DNA of 64,000 nt from Candidatus Thorarchaeota archaeon (GTDB taxonomy: Archaea > Asgardarchaeota > Thorarchaeia > Thorarchaeales > Thorarchaeaceae): the NCBI GenBank assembly GCA_030612005.1, contig JAUWOU010000005.1:2629-66628 (forward strand). The letters are read 5' to 3'. Of this stretch, positions 8,981 through 17,748 are shown piece by piece. Within the stretch, counting starts at the first letter, position 1; each line of letters begins with the position of its first letter. The notes under the pieces were generated by a model. That model had not been told where the DNA came from. It did not search any database and was given only the letters and a program-made list of their open reading frames with translations. A program made the translations under genes and the position numbers.

Positions 8981-9741
8981 CCTAAATCTCTAGCTAAGAG
9001 AAGTGCTGCACCGCAGAGTATGAAGGATTCGATTGCAATCACCCCATCTGTAGGTGATTCCAGACTTGCATCAACAAATATCCAGAGTAAAACGCGTATA
9101 AGATAAAGTGATAGAGCTCCCAGTATAAGGAACAGTGGTTTTGCTAATGTTCCCTTTCGAAATATCCATACTAGTATTGTACTAATGCCAGTAAGTAGTG
9201 CGAGACCAACAATAATTGGTGAAAGAATTAAACTCTCGACTAGACCAATCGTTGTAAATTGAGTCACGATGATAACAAAACTAATTGTGGAAAGAGTAAC
9301 TATTAGGAAGATACCAATCCACGGATTATTAGATTTGACAAAACCTAGAGATGAGTTCAGTGAGCGAAGATATTGTATAATTCCAAGTCCCCATAAGATA
9401 AGACCCGGCATCTGAGCGAGGGATATAATCAATAACATTTGATGTGAGGTTTGTGTTAGACCTACTAGTGTTCCTGCGAACTCAGCAAGACTTAGCATTA
9501 TCAAGCCAATTGCTAGCCATAAATTCAATGTGTTAAATTTGTCATCTTTCGTGCCTGATTCCTTCGCATAGATTCTCAGACCCATTATCCCAAGAAATAG
9601 GGCTACCAGTGGTGCAAGTACTGAAGTGATTACTAAGAGTAACTGTTCATTCGCTGTTGTTATTAGAAGAAGACTGGTTATGAGAATTATAAGACCCGCA
9701 CTGATGACTACTAACGTATCTCGCCAATCAGTTCTTCTCAC
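8965..9741 (-). CDS. Polytopic membrane protein, function unknown
   Basis: 258-aa ORF that is almost entirely hydrophobic helices (about 7-8 TM). No recognisable catalytic motif. Confidence 0.55.
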   Translation of the reverse strand: MRRTDWRDTLVVISAGLIILITSLLLITTANEQLLLVITSVLAPLVALFLGIMGLRIYAKESGTKDDKFNTLNLWLAIGLIMLSLAEFAGTLVGLTQTSHQMLLIISLAQMPGLILWGLGIIQYLRSLNSSLGFVKSNNPWIGIFLIVTLSTISFVIIVTQFTTIGLVESLILSPIIVGLALLTGISTILVWIFRKGTLAKPLFLILGALSLYLIRVLLWIFVDASLESPTDGVIAIESFILCGAALLLARDLGKIDT

Positions 9742-9814
9742 ACATATCCTGCTCCTAACAAATGTCTATGAGAAAGCATCAATTTCCTGTTTTGTACATT
9801 GTGCTGAGGTATGG

Positions 9815-11017
9815 TCACACACGAAATGTTTCCCACTCAATATAGTAAACAGTACTAGGAAAACGAAGCTCAATTTCATCCTTGGTGATTGAAAGAACTC
9901 GATTCACTGGACCTGCTCCCATCAAATCTTTCACTCTTCGAGTAATGAATTGCATCAGGACGCGAAGTCCATCATCTAAGATATCTGGTTCGATTGTGCC
10001 CTTCAGAGTTGCAGATAAGAGAGAGCTTCTCATTTCAATATCGACTCCGTCTTCAAGGGTTACAAAGGCAAGCCATGGATAGTTATCTACAAGCTCGTCT
10101 CTCGCATCAAAGAAGATGTTCCTCGTTACATTGAAACCTACAATATTGCCAAATTTAGTTAGTAGTGCCTGGAGTGCTGAGGAGTAACGAACAACTACAG
10201 CTTGTGAAGGTGTGACCAACTCCACCATCTTTCGTTTTTCTAGAAATGCAATTTCTTCAAGAAATCGTTTCAAGTCCACAGTTTTAACCCGCTCTGCTGC
10301 AATGGATAACGGTGTTTCTCCATCTAACTCTGTCAATGCTCTCGCAGCTTCTGGTGAGAGTTCATCATGTGATTCTTCCGTATGCGTTAATGCCGTTGTT
10401 TGGTAGATGTCATCGGGTTTTACCGGATTTGCAACTTGGATTGCACCCTCCCATAGAGCTTCTGCAGCAAGATTGAGAGCTATTTCAACTGGGACTTCAA
10501 GAAATTCTGCTGCATCATTGACAGCACAAATTGATGGAATAAGCCTAAGGAACGAGATCACATCAGGCCGCTTTGTATAATGCTCCCATTCTGATCGAAC
10601 AGTAATCAGAGTTTCAGGAGTTATCTTATCCCGAATAAACTCATCAATTACTCTCTGCTCAAAACGGGTCTGAATTGCAAGATCAAGGTCTACCCATTTT
10701 AAGACACTGAATTGCTCTTCAAATTTCACAATAAGCTTCTTCAACTTCGCTCGAATGTTTGCATTATCTCCTTTGGTTGAGATAGCTCCAAGGGTCCACT
10801 CACCGAATTCAACCACGATAGTATAGTCTGTTCCTTCGAATGCTCGGGCTTGTGATTTCACTGAACGAGTGGCTTCATCAAAAAAAGTAGTCATTGCAAC
10901 AAGAAATGACGAGAGAAGCTGGGGATCAAATGCAGTCCCTGTGAAGTCTTTATGGTACATACACATCCCTGTATCTTTTTTGATAATGTAGATACTCCTG
11001 ATGTCCATGAAACGCAC
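9815..11017 (-). CDS. Hypothetical protein with an N-terminal roadblock/longin-like domain
   Basis: 400-aa ORF. The N-terminus IYIIKKDTGMCMYHKDFTG..DPQLLSSFLVAMTTFFDEA...YTIVVEFGEWTLGAIS shows the alpha-beta-alpha pattern of roadblock/LC7/MglB or longin folds. The assignment is by eye only. Confidence 0.45.
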   Translation of the reverse strand: MRFMDIRSIYIIKKDTGMCMYHKDFTGTAFDPQLLSSFLVAMTTFFDEATRSVKSQARAFEGTDYTIVVEFGEWTLGAISTKGDNANIRAKLKKLIVKFEEQFSVLKWVDLDLAIQTRFEQRVIDEFIRDKITPETLITVRSEWEHYTKRPDVISFLRLIPSICAVNDAAEFLEVPVEIALNLAAEALWEGAIQVANPVKPDDIYQTTALTHTEESHDELSPEAARALTELDGETPLSIAAERVKTVDLKRFLEEIAFLEKRKMVELVTPSQAVVVRYSSALQALLTKFGNIVGFNVTRNIFFDARDELVDNYPWLAFVTLEDGVDIEMRSSLLSATLKGTIEPDILDDGLRVLMQFITRRVKDLMGAGPVNRVLSITKDEIELRFPSTVYYIEWETFRV

Positions 11018-11209
11018 TCCTCTAGTCTTCGCCTTTCATCCTTTAGTCCGGCGTCCTCTTCTGACTGTCACGTAGTGCTGGCGTGCACTACTCATTCTAT
11101 TCCGTAGCGCCTTTTGAGCATTTTAGGGATGTATCCATTAGCATGCTCTTAGTCATTGTACCAAATGGTCAGCCTTAATAGATTAGCATCGGGCAACAAA
11201 ACGGTCAAT

Positions 11210-11821
11210 ATGTCATCAGAAGATGAAGTGGTATCAATTTGTCCTTCATGTAGTAAAGGGAAGTTGAGAATTCAATCCATGCTCTACAGTGTTCCATTTT
11301 TCAACGAGCTAGCAATTTTCCATATACAATGTCCGGAATGTGGTTTCCGTCATAGTGATGTATTTTCTGCAGAGCAACGGAAACCAAGCAGGTTTACAAT
11401 GCATGTGAATGATGTATCACATCTCAATGTGCGAGTAGTACGCTCAGGATCTTGCACGTTTAGATTTCCAGAATGGGGAATTGATGTAGAGCCCGGTCCA
11501 ACAGCAGAGTCCTTCATCACGAATATTGAGGGTATCGTATATAGAGTACGTGCAGTCGTTGAAACTGCTAGGAATTTTGCGGATATGGAAGAAGAAATAC
11601 AACGAGCAAATGAGATACTAGAGGAGATGAAGGCTGCCCTCCGTGGAGAATTTTCATTCACACTCGTGATGGAAGATCCAGCAGGAGTAAGTGGTATCTT
11701 ACCTGATGATATGACACTTGTCAAGTACGAGGAATTGACTATCGAAGAAGCTTCCAAACTGAAAGGAGCTCCTTTCTGGGTTGATACAATGCGTGAAGAC
11801 TATTCAGAGCGTAAGGGTTAA
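11210..11821 (+). CDS. ZPR1-type zinc-finger protein
   Basis: CPSCSKGKL..SVPFFNELAIFHIQCPECGFRHSDV is the ZPR1 C4 zinc-finger signature, followed by the ZPR1 beta-rich domain. ATG 11210 is preferred over the ORF-track start at 11156. Confidence 0.75.
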   Translation: MSSEDEVVSICPSCSKGKLRIQSMLYSVPFFNELAIFHIQCPECGFRHSDVFSAEQRKPSRFTMHVNDVSHLNVRVVRSGSCTFRFPEWGIDVEPGPTAESFITNIEGIVYRVRAVVETARNFADMEEEIQRANEILEEMKAALRGEFSFTLVMEDPAGVSGILPDDMTLVKYEELTIEEASKLKGAPFWVDTMREDYSERKG

Positions 11822-11852
11822 AACAGCCTCCATAAGATTCCTCAATATCAGT

Positions 11853-11929
11853 GGGCCGATAGATTAGCCCGGCAGATCGCATGGTTTGCATCCATGAGGC
11901 CGCGAGTTCAAATCTCGCTCGGTCCACCA
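11853..11929 (+). tRNA. tRNA-Ala: tRNA-Ala (anticodon UGC) with encoded CCA
   Basis: Manual cloverleaf. Acceptor stem GGGCCGA/TCGGTCC with the G3:U70 Ala identity pair. D arm GATT-AGCCCGGCA-GATC. Anticodon arm CATGG-TTTGCAT-CCATG. Variable loop AGGCC. T arm GCGAG-TTCAAAT-CTCGC. Discriminator A followed by CCA. Total 77 nt. Confidence 0.9.
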
Positions 11930-11931
11930 CT
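11907..11931 (+). repeat. Direct repeat copy 1 (T-loop to CCA of tRNA-Ala plus 2 nt); att-like
   Basis: ttcaaatctCgctcggtccaccact recurs at 13589-13613 with one mismatch. Confidence 0.8.
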
Positions 11932-11989
11932 ACTTAAAAACCGAAAAACTTATTCCTCCCACTACAATTTCTATTTGTGGTAGATCAGC

Positions 11990-13585
11990 TTGGGAGGTAG
12001 GAAGAGTGATTTTACTTACTTGGTTTCAGTTCTTAGTGTTATCATCTTATTAGTGATTCTTTCACAATTGATTCTACTCACCCCATTAAGTGTCAACACC
12101 AGCCTTGAAGACCAGAGCATGGATAGAGAAAAACTATTCACTGAAACTCAAACAATTGATGGCAATGGTACAGAAGAGGATCCCTACATTATTGAGAATC
12201 AAGAGTTTCACTTGGAGAACTGGAAAACTCTCAAAATAATAACCGATACTGATGACTATTACATAATTCGTAATTGTCAATTTATTGCGACCATACACTC
12301 CCGTGTACGCATATTCAATTCAACTAATTCCATAGTTGAAAACTGTGAATTCACTAAAAGCGCGCTTAGTGTACATTCCTCTAGAAACAGCATAGTTAGG
12401 GGATGTACGTTTAGGGATGTTGACTGGATAGGAACTAGCGGATTAAGTATCTACTACTCTGTTAATTGTACTGTGATTGACAACACAGTTTATGGATGTT
12501 TCACGGGAATTCAGGTGACTGTTTCAAATGACACATTCGTTTCTCATAACATAATCTATGACAATATTTACGGTATCGAGTTCTTCTTTGCTGCAGGTAC
12601 AATCTTTCAGGACAATCAGTTGTATAACGACGAACTTCACATAAGATTGGACGGCATAACTACTTCACAACGATCATTTTATTGGTATCAATATATTGGA
12701 GCTAAACTTGTCTGTAATGGTAACTATGTAAACAATAAACCACTGGTATTCTACCAAGACTTAACATCAGGAAGTATTGATGCGTCAGACTATGGACAAT
12801 TGATCCTACAGAATTGTAGTAACATTGCTGTACGAAATGGTCTACTTAGCAATATTACATACGGAATGCAATTCTTGTTCTGCAGTGAGATTTTAATTAG
12901 GGATGTTGTCGTTACTAATTATTCTAGAACCGGAATTGATATTTTCCACACCAATTCTTCATCGATAGTAAATTGTTCAATTAGCGGAGAGGATTGGTGG
13001 GGGCTACGTGCTCAATATTGCTGGAATATTACAGTAGAAGGCAGTTACTTTGAGGGCAATCTAATGGGATTGTATTTAGGTTTCTGCAATAACTGCACAA
13101 TATCAAATAATACCGCCACAGGAAATGACAAGGGGCTTTACCTATCAAATTCCCATAATTCGACTTTCATTGGAAACTCACTTCTTCAAAATGATGCAGG
13201 AATTTTCTTCTATGATTCATGCCAAAATCTAGTAGTAAATAATTCGATATTATACAACACACAGTATGGAATCTATCTTGATAGGAATAGTCAGTATAAC
13301 AGGTTTTTCGGGAATTCTATTGGTTGGAACGGGAGATTCAATGCGTACAGTGAGTCAACCAATTACTTTGATGATGGTAAAAATACTGGAAACCTCTGGA
13401 GTGATTATGATGGGCATGGAGTGTACGAAATTTACTTCAGAGGGGAAGATAACTACCCATCAATTCTATATCCCAGCTCTTTTGTCGTGGCCACTTTGAC
13501 AATTCTGTTAGCTTCTGTTCTTATAGCTGTTTTACTGATCGGATTCATCCGGATAATCACAAAGATAAGATCAAGTCAAACATAG
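11990..13585 (+). CDS. Membrane-anchored surface protein with right-handed parallel beta-helix (PbH1/NosD-like) repeats
   Basis: 531-aa ORF with a TTG start. N-terminal TM/signal LVSVLSVIILLVILSQLILL. Many ~22-aa repeats of the type N..I.GN.I..N..GI.L (for example ISNNTATGNDKGLYLSNSHNSTFIGNSLLQNDAGIFF) and many N-x-S/T sequons. C-terminal TM VVATLTILLASVLIAVLLIGFI followed by a basic tail. Confidence 0.75.
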   Translation: MGGRKSDFTYLVSVLSVIILLVILSQLILLTPLSVNTSLEDQSMDREKLFTETQTIDGNGTEEDPYIIENQEFHLENWKTLKIITDTDDYYIIRNCQFIATIHSRVRIFNSTNSIVENCEFTKSALSVHSSRNSIVRGCTFRDVDWIGTSGLSIYYSVNCTVIDNTVYGCFTGIQVTVSNDTFVSHNIIYDNIYGIEFFFAAGTIFQDNQLYNDELHIRLDGITTSQRSFYWYQYIGAKLVCNGNYVNNKPLVFYQDLTSGSIDASDYGQLILQNCSNIAVRNGLLSNITYGMQFLFCSEILIRDVVVTNYSRTGIDIFHTNSSSIVNCSISGEDWWGLRAQYCWNITVEGSYFEGNLMGLYLGFCNNCTISNNTATGNDKGLYLSNSHNSTFIGNSLLQNDAGIFFYDSCQNLVVNNSILYNTQYGIYLDRNSQYNRFFGNSIGWNGRFNAYSESTNYFDDGKNTGNLWSDYDGHGVYEIYFRGEDNYPSILYPSSFVVATLTILLASVLIAVLLIGFIRIITKIRSSQT

Positions 13586-13588
13586 AAT

Positions 13589-13613
13589 TTCAAATCTTGC
13601 TCGGTCCACCACT
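13589..13613 (+). repeat. Direct repeat copy 2: orphan duplicate of the tRNA-Ala 3' end; att-like
   Basis: ttcaaatctTgctcggtccaccact matches 24/25 nt of 11907-11931. It starts 4 nt after the beta-helix gene stop. Confidence 0.8.
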
Positions 13614-13642
13614 TTCTTCTTTCTAAGTCACACAGAATCATA

Positions 13643-14707
13643 CTAAGTTATTCCGAGCCCCGGACCTTTTGGAGGGTGATAATTCCCGTGAACTTCTACT
13701 AGTCCATGGAATGGGTCCCCCTTAAGCGCACCTGGTGCAATCTCATGAGGATGGTTGAAGTTTGACTCTGAAAGGGCAAGGTGAACTGCTGCAGAAACTC
13801 CAATTTGAGTTTCCCAAGGACTGATAATCACACATTCGATATCATTCTCCTCGGCTAGTTTTGCGATTCTCTTTGTTTGGAATATTCCTCCGTGTTTAAT
13901 CAACTTCAGCCCAAAAAAGTCCACAGCATCATGGTCAATCAGAGTCTGTGCATCTTTATACGTGTATAGTGACTCGTCCGCCATTATTGGAACGCTACTT
14001 GATTTTCTAAGTTTACTAAATCCTTCATAGTCATCGACGGCTAGAGGCTGTTCTAGGTATTCAAGATTTAATTCTTCAGAAGCCTTGAGCACTCTTAATG
14101 CTTGTTTAACAGAATATCCGGTATTGGCATCTGCTCGGATCTTGGCTGATTCACCAACAGTTTCCCTGACCAGTTTCAATGTTTCAATATCTCTCTCAAC
14201 ATCTAATCCAACTTTGATTTTTACTGATTTCATTCCCTGACTTAGGTGATGTGCTGCTTCATTTGCAATGGACTGCGGTGTTCCTATTCCAAGCACTGCG
14301 GCAATCTCAACATGTTCACGGATTAATCCACCAAGCAGCTGGTACACTGGAACACTTCGGATCTTTCCAGCTAAGTCGTAAAGAGCAAGGTCGACTCCTG
14401 TGCGTGCCGTTCCTCCCACATCCGGAAACGTATCTGTCAATTCACGAAAGACATCTTGATTGAACGGGTCTTTACCAATTAGGAACGGTGTCAGTTGACC
14501 CTCGATTTCATTTCTTATTTGTACAGGATCATCATCTGCTGTGAATGGCAATGGGCAAGCTTCACCAATCCCTGTGATTCCACTATCAGATGTTATCCTC
14601 ACTATCACGTGGTGTCGAATGGATGGCTCTTCACCATAAGTTGTTGTGAAACCCTCGTCAGCTAAATGCGTTTCAATGGATTCTGTTTTGACTGATTTTA
14701 TTCTCAA
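13643..14707 (-). CDS. Enolase-superfamily enzyme, MR/MLE type (dipeptide epimerase or o-succinylbenzoate synthase-like)
   Basis: TIM-barrel metal-ligand pattern KIKVG..., IRADANTGYS, LEYLEQP, IMADES, plus a capping domain with GIGEA. Specificity cannot be assigned by eye. Confidence 0.8.
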   Translation of the reverse strand: MRIKSVKTESIETHLADEGFTTTYGEEPSIRHHVIVRITSDSGITGIGEACPLPFTADDDPVQIRNEIEGQLTPFLIGKDPFNQDVFRELTDTFPDVGGTARTGVDLALYDLAGKIRSVPVYQLLGGLIREHVEIAAVLGIGTPQSIANEAAHHLSQGMKSVKIKVGLDVERDIETLKLVRETVGESAKIRADANTGYSVKQALRVLKASEELNLEYLEQPLAVDDYEGFSKLRKSSSVPIMADESLYTYKDAQTLIDHDAVDFFGLKLIKHGGIFQTKRIAKLAEENDIECVIISPWETQIGVSAAVHLALSESNFNHPHEIAPGALKGDPFHGLVEVHGNYHPPKGPGLGIT

Positions 14708-14753
14708 CAGAGTCGCCTTCTAACTATAGTCCACCATATATCACTACTAATTG

Positions 14754-14900
14754 CTATTCTGTAACTTTTCCAGCACAGTCTTTGCAATACGGACGAGGTG
14801 GAGAACCTACATAGCTTGGTTCAGTTTTAATCTTCTTTTTGCATCTAACACATTTTATTTTTGTCATAGACATCCCACATTCATAATCTGGACAATGCAT
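14754..14900 (-). CDS. Candidate 48-aa cysteine-rich zinc-ribbon micro-protein (below the ORF-track cutoff)
   Basis: Manual translation gives MHCPDYECGMSMTKIKCVRCKKKIKTEPSYVGSPPRPYCKDCAGKVTE. CxxC..CxxC forms a ribbon, with an additional CPxxxC. It lies in an otherwise empty 450-nt gap. Confidence 0.3.
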   Translation of the reverse strand: MHCPDYECGMSMTKIKCVRCKKKIKTEPSYVGSPPRPYCKDCAGKVTE

Positions 14901-15158
14901 TTTGTTATTGCACTCAAGTTGATATCTAGGAACTGTTCTTATAACATATCACACTTGATGCCTATCTCTTGTTTATTCCACAGTTGCATGCTAAATATCC
15001 TTTCGTTTTGCACTTTGCATATTCAAACAATCCTGCAAAGATATCCTTAAGAGGAACCACTTTTGGCAACTGAAATAATACATACCGGAATCTAGGCCGC
15101 ACTATTGTGTTATCGGGAAATATCTCGGACCTAGACACACGGGATGGTGAAATAAAAT

Positions 15159-17591
15159 ATGCAATTATTCGAGACATTCCTATTTCAGATGTCTTTGCTA
15201 GAACAGACCATGATTGGGATTGTTATATTAGCAGCATTTGTAAGTCTCGTGTATGCCTGGTGGCTGAGGAAAGGCGTTCTTGCCCAACCAAAGGGTACAG
15301 AACAAATGCAGAAGGTCTGGAGAGGTATTCGAGATGGCTCCTTGTCTTATCTTGACAGGCAGCTGAGGACCATCATACCGATTCTAATCGGATTATCCGG
15401 CCTTCTATTCTTAACAGTATACATTACAACACCAGAAGCAGGTACTGCAGAACTATTTGGTATTGACATTACTGATCCTCCTGAAGTGTATCAGGCCGCT
15501 CTAGCTAATGCTAGATGGGTTGTTGGTCTTGGTCGTGCAATAGCATTTATTTTCGGTGCAAGCTTTTCATTGATTGTTGGACAACTCGGTATGCGTATCG
15601 CAGTTGAATCCAACATCAGAGTTGCTCAGGCTACACGTGACGGCGATAATAGATACAATCGAGCACTAACCATTTCTTACCGTGGAGGCACATTCACTGG
15701 AATGTTGACCGACGGTCTTGGTTTGCTTGGTGGAACAATGATATTCATCATCTACGGCTTAGCAGCCCCAGATGCACTCCTTGGATTTGGTCTTGGAGGA
15801 ACTCTCCTCGCCCTATTCATGAGAGTTGGCGGTGGTATCTACACTAAAGCTGCAGATATTGGAGCTGATTTGGTTGGCAAAGTTGAGCATGGACTCCCTG
15901 AAGACGATCCAAGGAACGCAGCAGTAATTGCAGACCTTGTAGGCGACAACGTCGGAGACTGCGCTGGAATGGCTGCAGACATCTTCGAATCATACGAGGT
16001 CACTATCGTTTCATCTCTGATTCTCGCAATTGTACTCTATCTTGAAACAGCTGCCGGGCACTTTCCAATGCTTCCTGGTGGTGCACTTGCAGTGGTTGTA
16101 TTCCCACTCTTTATTCGAGCAATTGGTGTGATTTCATCAATCATTGGAACTATCATGGTTCCAATCTGGCCTCGGATTCTGAAGACGCGAGATGTATATG
16201 CAGAGAAAGCGATGTTCCTTTCTTACGAAGTTTCGAGTGCCTTCACAATTATCCTGTCAATGCTTTTGTCATGGTTCTATGTTGGAGATATTCGCTTTGG
16301 AATATTAATTGGAACGGGTGTATTGCTTGCTGTGTCATTCAACCCACTCACAAGCTACTTCACATCACTGAAGAAACCTCCAGTCCAAGAGATTGTCAAA
16401 GCCACAGATACTGGTACTGCAACAATGATACTCTCGGGTATTGTTGCTGGATACGAGTCCACAGTAGCAGCTCTAGTTGTGATTGTTACAACTTTTGGAA
16501 TTGCATGGTGGCTATTCACAGCATCTGCAGTTGCCGCTCTGTCACCTCTCGTTGTAGTTGGTATTGAGGGTACAATCTGGACCCTTTACGGAATTGCACT
16601 GATTGGTATTGGAATGCTTTCCCACACTGGAAACAATGTGGCAATGGACGCATTTGGTCCAATCTCAGACAACGCAGCTGGTATAGGTGAACTCTCACCT
16701 GGTGACTTTGATACTGAATCAAGGAAGACCATGGCTGAGCTTGATGCAGTTGGTAACACAACCAAGGCTATCACAAAGGGAATCGCAATCGCTTCTGCAG
16801 TAATTGCTGCAGTTAGCCTCTTTGATGCCTTCATATTTGTTGCAATACTACCTCTTGGTTTGGACCACTTGTTCCTTGATGATCCTCGAGTATTCTCAGG
16901 ATTACTCTTGGGTGCCGCACTACCTTGGTTATTCTCAGCTGTGAATATCAAAGCAGTTACGCGTGCAGCAGGTGAAATGGTGAAGGAAGTTCGAAGGCAA
17001 TTCAAGATTCCTGGAATCTTAGAAGGTACGAAGGAGCCTGACTATGAACGAGCTGTAAATATCTCAACAACTGCAGCTCAGAAGGAGCTCATCTCCCTAA
17101 CTGTTATCACAGTTTCCACACCAATTATAGTCGGACTTCTACTTGGAGTTGCGGCTCTTGGTGGATTCCTTGGTGGAATCATCGTGTCTGGTCAACTGCT
17201 TGCAGTCTACATGTCTAATGCTGGTGGTGCCTTCGACAATGCGAAGAAAGCCATCGAAGATGAACCAGTAGATCTCGAAGCCAATACTGGCAAGGGATCG
17301 GAACGGCACAAGTCTGGAGTTATTGGTGACACCGTGGGTGATCCACTCAAGGACACTGCTGGGCCTGCTCTCAACCCAATGATCAAAGTAGTCAACCTAC
17401 TAGCTCTGATATTGGCTCCACTTCTGGTCATGCTTGAAACCACTGGTACTCCGGAAATGGTATATGCTGCTACTGCAGCACTCATCATCCTATCCGTGAT
17501 GACCGTCTGGGCTATTCGTAAGAGCATGAGACCTGCTGACTTCGGTACGGTTCATGAATTCACCGAAGAAGAAGGCGTCCTAGCAGAGTAG
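15159..17591 (+). CDS. hppA: Membrane-integral ion-pumping pyrophosphatase (M-PPase), predicted K+-independent type
   Basis: Diagnostic motifs GGGIYTKAADIGADLVGKVE, DNVGDCAGMAADIFESY, AMDAFGPISDNAAGI, GNTTKAITKG, SNAGGAFDNAKK and GDTVGDPLKDTAGPALNPMIKV. The true start may be ATG 15189 or 15210. Confidence 0.9.
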   Translation: MQLFETFLFQMSLLEQTMIGIVILAAFVSLVYAWWLRKGVLAQPKGTEQMQKVWRGIRDGSLSYLDRQLRTIIPILIGLSGLLFLTVYITTPEAGTAELFGIDITDPPEVYQAALANARWVVGLGRAIAFIFGASFSLIVGQLGMRIAVESNIRVAQATRDGDNRYNRALTISYRGGTFTGMLTDGLGLLGGTMIFIIYGLAAPDALLGFGLGGTLLALFMRVGGGIYTKAADIGADLVGKVEHGLPEDDPRNAAVIADLVGDNVGDCAGMAADIFESYEVTIVSSLILAIVLYLETAAGHFPMLPGGALAVVVFPLFIRAIGVISSIIGTIMVPIWPRILKTRDVYAEKAMFLSYEVSSAFTIILSMLLSWFYVGDIRFGILIGTGVLLAVSFNPLTSYFTSLKKPPVQEIVKATDTGTATMILSGIVAGYESTVAALVVIVTTFGIAWWLFTASAVAALSPLVVVGIEGTIWTLYGIALIGIGMLSHTGNNVAMDAFGPISDNAAGIGELSPGDFDTESRKTMAELDAVGNTTKAITKGIAIASAVIAAVSLFDAFIFVAILPLGLDHLFLDDPRVFSGLLLGAALPWLFSAVNIKAVTRAAGEMVKEVRRQFKIPGILEGTKEPDYERAVNISTTAAQKELISLTVITVSTPIIVGLLLGVAALGGFLGGIIVSGQLLAVYMSNAGGAFDNAKKAIEDEPVDLEANTGKGSERHKSGVIGDTVGDPLKDTAGPALNPMIKVVNLLALILAPLLVMLETTGTPEMVYAATAALIILSVMTVWAIRKSMRPADFGTVHEFTEEEGVLAE

Positions 17592-17610
17592 CTAACTACT
17601 AACAGTGTAA

Positions 17611-17650
17611 GGTGGTGGTACTTGGTACCACCCACCTCCCTCTTTTTTTA
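17611..17650 (+). terminator. Hairpin plus T-tract terminator after hppA
   Basis: ggtggtggtac-tt-ggtaccacccacc forms an 11-bp stem with one bulge. It is followed by ctccctcttttttta. Confidence 0.45.
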
Positions 17651-17748
17651 ATTTCAAATCGAACAAACAACAACCTTTTCTTCATTCGTTTTGTAAATGT
17701 ATATCCGCGCGACAGAATCTTTGAGGGGATTTACCTTTGGACGGAGAA

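Noticed and set aside
11739-11930. 63-aa minus-strand ORF
   Set aside because: It lies over the tRNA-Ala gene and the ZPR1 3' end, and a cloverleaf with G3:U70 explains the region.
11932-13588. Calling the tRNA-flanked segment an intact mobile element or provirus
   Set aside because: It contains no integrase, transposase or replication gene, only one cargo-like surface protein. It is therefore reported as an att-like scar rather than annotated as a mobile_element.
14751-15177. Track ORFs 14751-15050 (+) and 14962-15177 (-)
   Set aside because: They have low-complexity, hydrophobic or odd composition, no motifs and no SD site. The plus-strand one is antisense to the more plausible Cys-rich micro-ORF. 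The 71-aa one is kept only as a note in a finding.
16271-17527. Several 80-140-aa ORFs on both strands inside hppA
   Set aside because: They overlap a motif-rich, confidently identified pyrophosphatase frame. Their composition is biased (Ser/Cys/Trp-rich), as expected for off-frame translation.
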